Shown here: piece after piece, positions 61,501-64,000 of the stretch
Position numbering within the stretch: position 1 is the stretch's first letter
How the letters are laid out: every line of letters starts with the position of its first letter
Origin: Marsupella aquatica
Taxonomy: Eukaryota > Plantae > Marchantiophyta
Direction: 5' to 3'
DNA length: 64,000 nucleotides
Assembly: GCA_973895155.1 (NCBI GenBank)
Contig: OZ316891.1
Location: 24,613,899-24,677,898, forward strand
Notes under the pieces: model-generated
The model's database searches: none
The model's input: only the letters and a program-made list of their open reading frames with translations
Told to the model about the DNA's origin: nothing
Translations under genes and position numbers: made by a program

Positions 61501-63206
61501 TGCTCGAACAGACTTACGCCAAGATGAACCAGATGGAGTCTGTCATCATTGCAGAGCTCGACAAGGAGCTAAGAGCAACCCAAGAGGAGAGGGCTACCTT
61601 GAAGAAGGAATTGGAGGAAGCCCACAGGGAGCAGGAGGAGGCCAAAAACGAGCTGGAGGGGGCACGTAAGGACCTGGATGAAACCCAAGAGGAGTTGGAG
61701 GAAATCACGAGGAAGATGGAGAACCTACAGCGGTGGGCCGACAACCAAACAGAGCGGCTGAAGAAACAAGCCGCAGTATTTAAATGCTTAGCTGCAGCAG
61801 GTCCATCTCCCGTTGGGACAAACCAGTTACCAGGGGTGGTAATTGCCGAAGGACAAGCCGCGTCAACTGCACCAGTGCCGGAAGTAAGTGGGAAGGGGAA
61901 GGGACCAGCTGCCGAGCCACCAACGAAGAAGAAGCGGAAACCTCCAGGGTCAAGGAGTAATACGACTTCACAGGCCGTGGTGATCAAGGAGGTAGACCCA
62001 GCATCGACCCCAGACAGGGTCACGGCTAAGGATCCAACTACCCTAGGGGAAGGGGAGGCCGAAGCCGAGGGAGTGGCTGAAGCCGAAGCCGTGGGAGTGG
62101 CTGAGGCCGAAGCCGTGGGTATTGCCGAGGCCGGTGTCGAGGCTGAAGCCGAAGGTGGACCCAGTCAGGCCGATGGAGAGTTGACTCGGTCAAGGGCAGG
62201 TAATCTGTCAGTAGGCGGGCCAACGGCAGTGGCTGAGGAGGAAGTGTTGGGGGCGTCCATTGAGGATCCACCACCGGTGTCGTGACGGTGCAAGGGCGCC
62301 GTTCCTTTTAGGGAGGGCGGACGTGGAGGGAGGAGGCGTGAGTGGGCAGGGCGGGCACGGATCTCCACGTTTAGGATTAGGATCAGAACCAGGAGCGGCC
62401 CTGACACTTAGCTTAGTGGGATTGCGGTTCCACTGGTAGGAGCAACACTTGTGCTCCTGCCTTGCTGTACATAGGTAGATTCGGGCAAGTAGATTACTGT
62501 CAGGTAGATTAGGCTTACGATGCAAAGAATGGCGGATCCACTACCAGGATAAGTACCTGGGCAGCGGGGAGCTCAGGGCCTCTTCTTTAGCAAGTTTTTA
62601 GTTTGCACCAGCCGGGCTGGGATCAAGTAGTACGAGAAGCTCTCGGTTAGTCATACAGTGACCCTTGTGTATATTCATGTTTCCTCATGCCTAAGAGCTG
62701 AATAGAGTTGGCCTCACGGCTTAGTTCGCAGAACTTGTGTATGAGATGTACTGTTTGTATGGCAAGTGCATGGTATGACTCAGTCAGAATGAGTCATTTT
62801 GCTATTTGTGTGTCGCATTAACTTGTGTGAAGAGTGCCCACATCAACAGAAGGAAGGAAAGTAAGCAGGGGAGTGATAGTTGGATGTGTCGAGCTGAGAG
62901 AGGTCTTAGCGGCTTAACCAAGCCTATTGGGGATCATTCCGGCGGCGGAATCCAAACATACCTAACAAGACGGAGGGGAAGACAGGGGAAGACAAGGGAA
63001 GGCCTATATTAGGCCGGCTACGTATCTCATGACCTGATGAAGGATCTGTCCAGTATATGTGTGTAAAATGTTAATAGTAGTAGTAGAAGGTTAGCAGCGT
63101 CCCATGCCGCTAAGCCGCGGAAACGGCCTCGCCAAGCACGAAACCTACGGGAATCGGCTTGAGCTGGGGGGTTTCTTGGGTTTAGGGAGCCATGGGACGC
63201 ACCACA
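58547..63206 (+). mobile_element. Giant LTR family A, copy 4: complete 4660-bp 5' LTR of a Ty3/gypsy element
   Basis: TGTGATGC...GCACCACA inverted termini; both ends confirmed by the other copies. Followed by PBS and gag. Confidence 0.93.
58662..62285 (+). pseudogene. ~1207-codon single-frame ORF wholly inside the LTR, with two premature TAG codons
   Basis: ORFs 58623, 59046 and 61173 are in one frame. The stops at 58950 and 61164 are TGG and CAG in copies 2 and 1. TATAAA at 58641. Confidence 0.85.
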
Positions 63207-63210
63207 TTTT

Positions 63211-63228
63211 TGGCGCTAGATGGAGGGG
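63211..63228 (+). promoter_or_regulatory. Primer binding site, probably tRNA-Asn
   Basis: TGGCGCTAGATGGAGGGG 4 nt after the LTR. Resembles the complement of the plant tRNA-Asn 3' end as recalled (1 mismatch). Confidence 0.75.
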
Positions 63229-63275
63229 GCATTTCTTAAGCCGTGAGATATGAAGTTAGAACGGAAGCGTAGGTA

Positions 63276-64000
63276 ATGACTGACCTTACGCCGAGGGAAG
63301 AAAGAGTGATTCAACGGGAGAGAGCTCGACTGCAGCAGCTCGCCGGGTGGCATGATACACAGCGACTGAGAGGGGCAGAAAGAGCTGGTAGCTCCGAAAC
63401 TGGAAGTGGCGTCGAAGAAGACATACCAGAAGAAGAGTCGGTAAGGAGAAGTGAGTCTCCAACCGACATGGGGGAACCAGAGGCACAGCCAGACGAGAGG
63501 CCAGGGACCAGATTGAGCCAGCGGTCGCGCATACATTACAAGGCATTTCATGGGAGAGGAGATGAGGATCCGGACGAATGGTTGGATGATTTCGAGGGAA
63601 CCGCTGCAGCAAATGGAGAATCGGCCATCAAGATGCAGATTCTTCCCGGCCTGTTCAAGGGTGAGGCTAGGCCTTGGTACAGAGCATTAGATGTGGAAGA
63701 TCAAGCCATCTGGGATATCTTCAAAACACTCTTTGTTAAGGAGTTTCGACCCATTGGAACTTCAGAACTAGCAGTGCTGAAGTTGGGACAACTTCGGTTC
63801 AAGGAGAACAAATCCTTCAGGAAGTTCTTGCAACGCTTTCAGAAACTGGTAAGACGTACAAAGACCAATGCATCTGAAGGTATGCAACTTCAATGGTTGG
63901 TGAATGCTTTGCCACAGAAGATGAGTTTTGCAATTAGAAAGGAGAACCCGGAGACTTTAGCCGAAGCAATTAAGGATATTCAATTATACATTAATGCAGA
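63276..64000 (+). CDS. gag: Ty3/gypsy Gag (partial, runs off window)
   Basis: Open frame reading FHGRGDEDPDEWLDDFE...LFKGEARPWY...WDIFKTLFVKEF...LQWLVNALP...NPETLAEAI. Confidence 0.88.
   Translation, partial: MTDLTPREERVIQRERARLQQLAGWHDTQRLRGAERAGSSETGSGVEEDIPEEESVRRSESPTDMGEPEAQPDERPGTRLSQRSRIHYKAFHGRGDEDPDEWLDDFEGTAAANGESAIKMQILPGLFKGEARPWYRALDVEDQAIWDIFKTLFVKEFRPIGTSELAVLKLGQLRFKENKSFRKFLQRFQKLVRRTKTNASEGMQLQWLVNALPQKMSFAIRKENPETLAEAIKDIQLYINA

Noticed and set aside
63030-63070. Hammerhead ribozyme (CTGATGA) in the LTR
   Set aside because: No stem II plus GAAA follows, and the other copies read CCGATGA.
1-63206. Copies 1 and 4 as the two LTRs of one 63-kb element carrying the TPS-P450 pair
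   Set aside because: Copy 1 is not followed by a PBS, while copy 4 is followed by PBS and gag, so they belong to separate insertions.

Overview
Eukaryotic, intron-containing, transposon-dense DNA. It is most likely from a non-seed land plant, probably a liverwort (inferred from a fungal TRI5-type microbial terpene synthase-like gene and the retroelement types). A host island at about 22.4-31.8 kb holds an intronless trichodiene-synthase-like terpene synthase and, 4.4 kb downstream on the same strand, a spliced CYP707-like (CYP85 clan) P450: a candidate terpenoid mini-cluster. Both flanks are nested mobile elements. (i) Two Ty3/gypsy families have very large LTRs (about 4.7 and 4.0 kb) that each carry a long homologous protein ORF inside the LTR. 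(ii) There is a Ty1/copia fragment, a decayed Ty3 pol and small MITEs. (iii) Two large, apparently unrelated, decayed DNA transposons (about 8.6-21.7 kb and 44.4-57.5 kb) share one layout: a transposase divergent from a ParB-like plus beta-class N4C/N6A DNA-methyltransferase-like gene, one more enzyme cargo (FCP1-like phosphatase or ULP1 protease), and many copies of an element-specific 23-27 bp palindrome in introns and spacers. This ParB-MTase/palindrome arrangement is the best candidate for an undescribed system. All family assignments come from reading motifs by eye, not from database searches.
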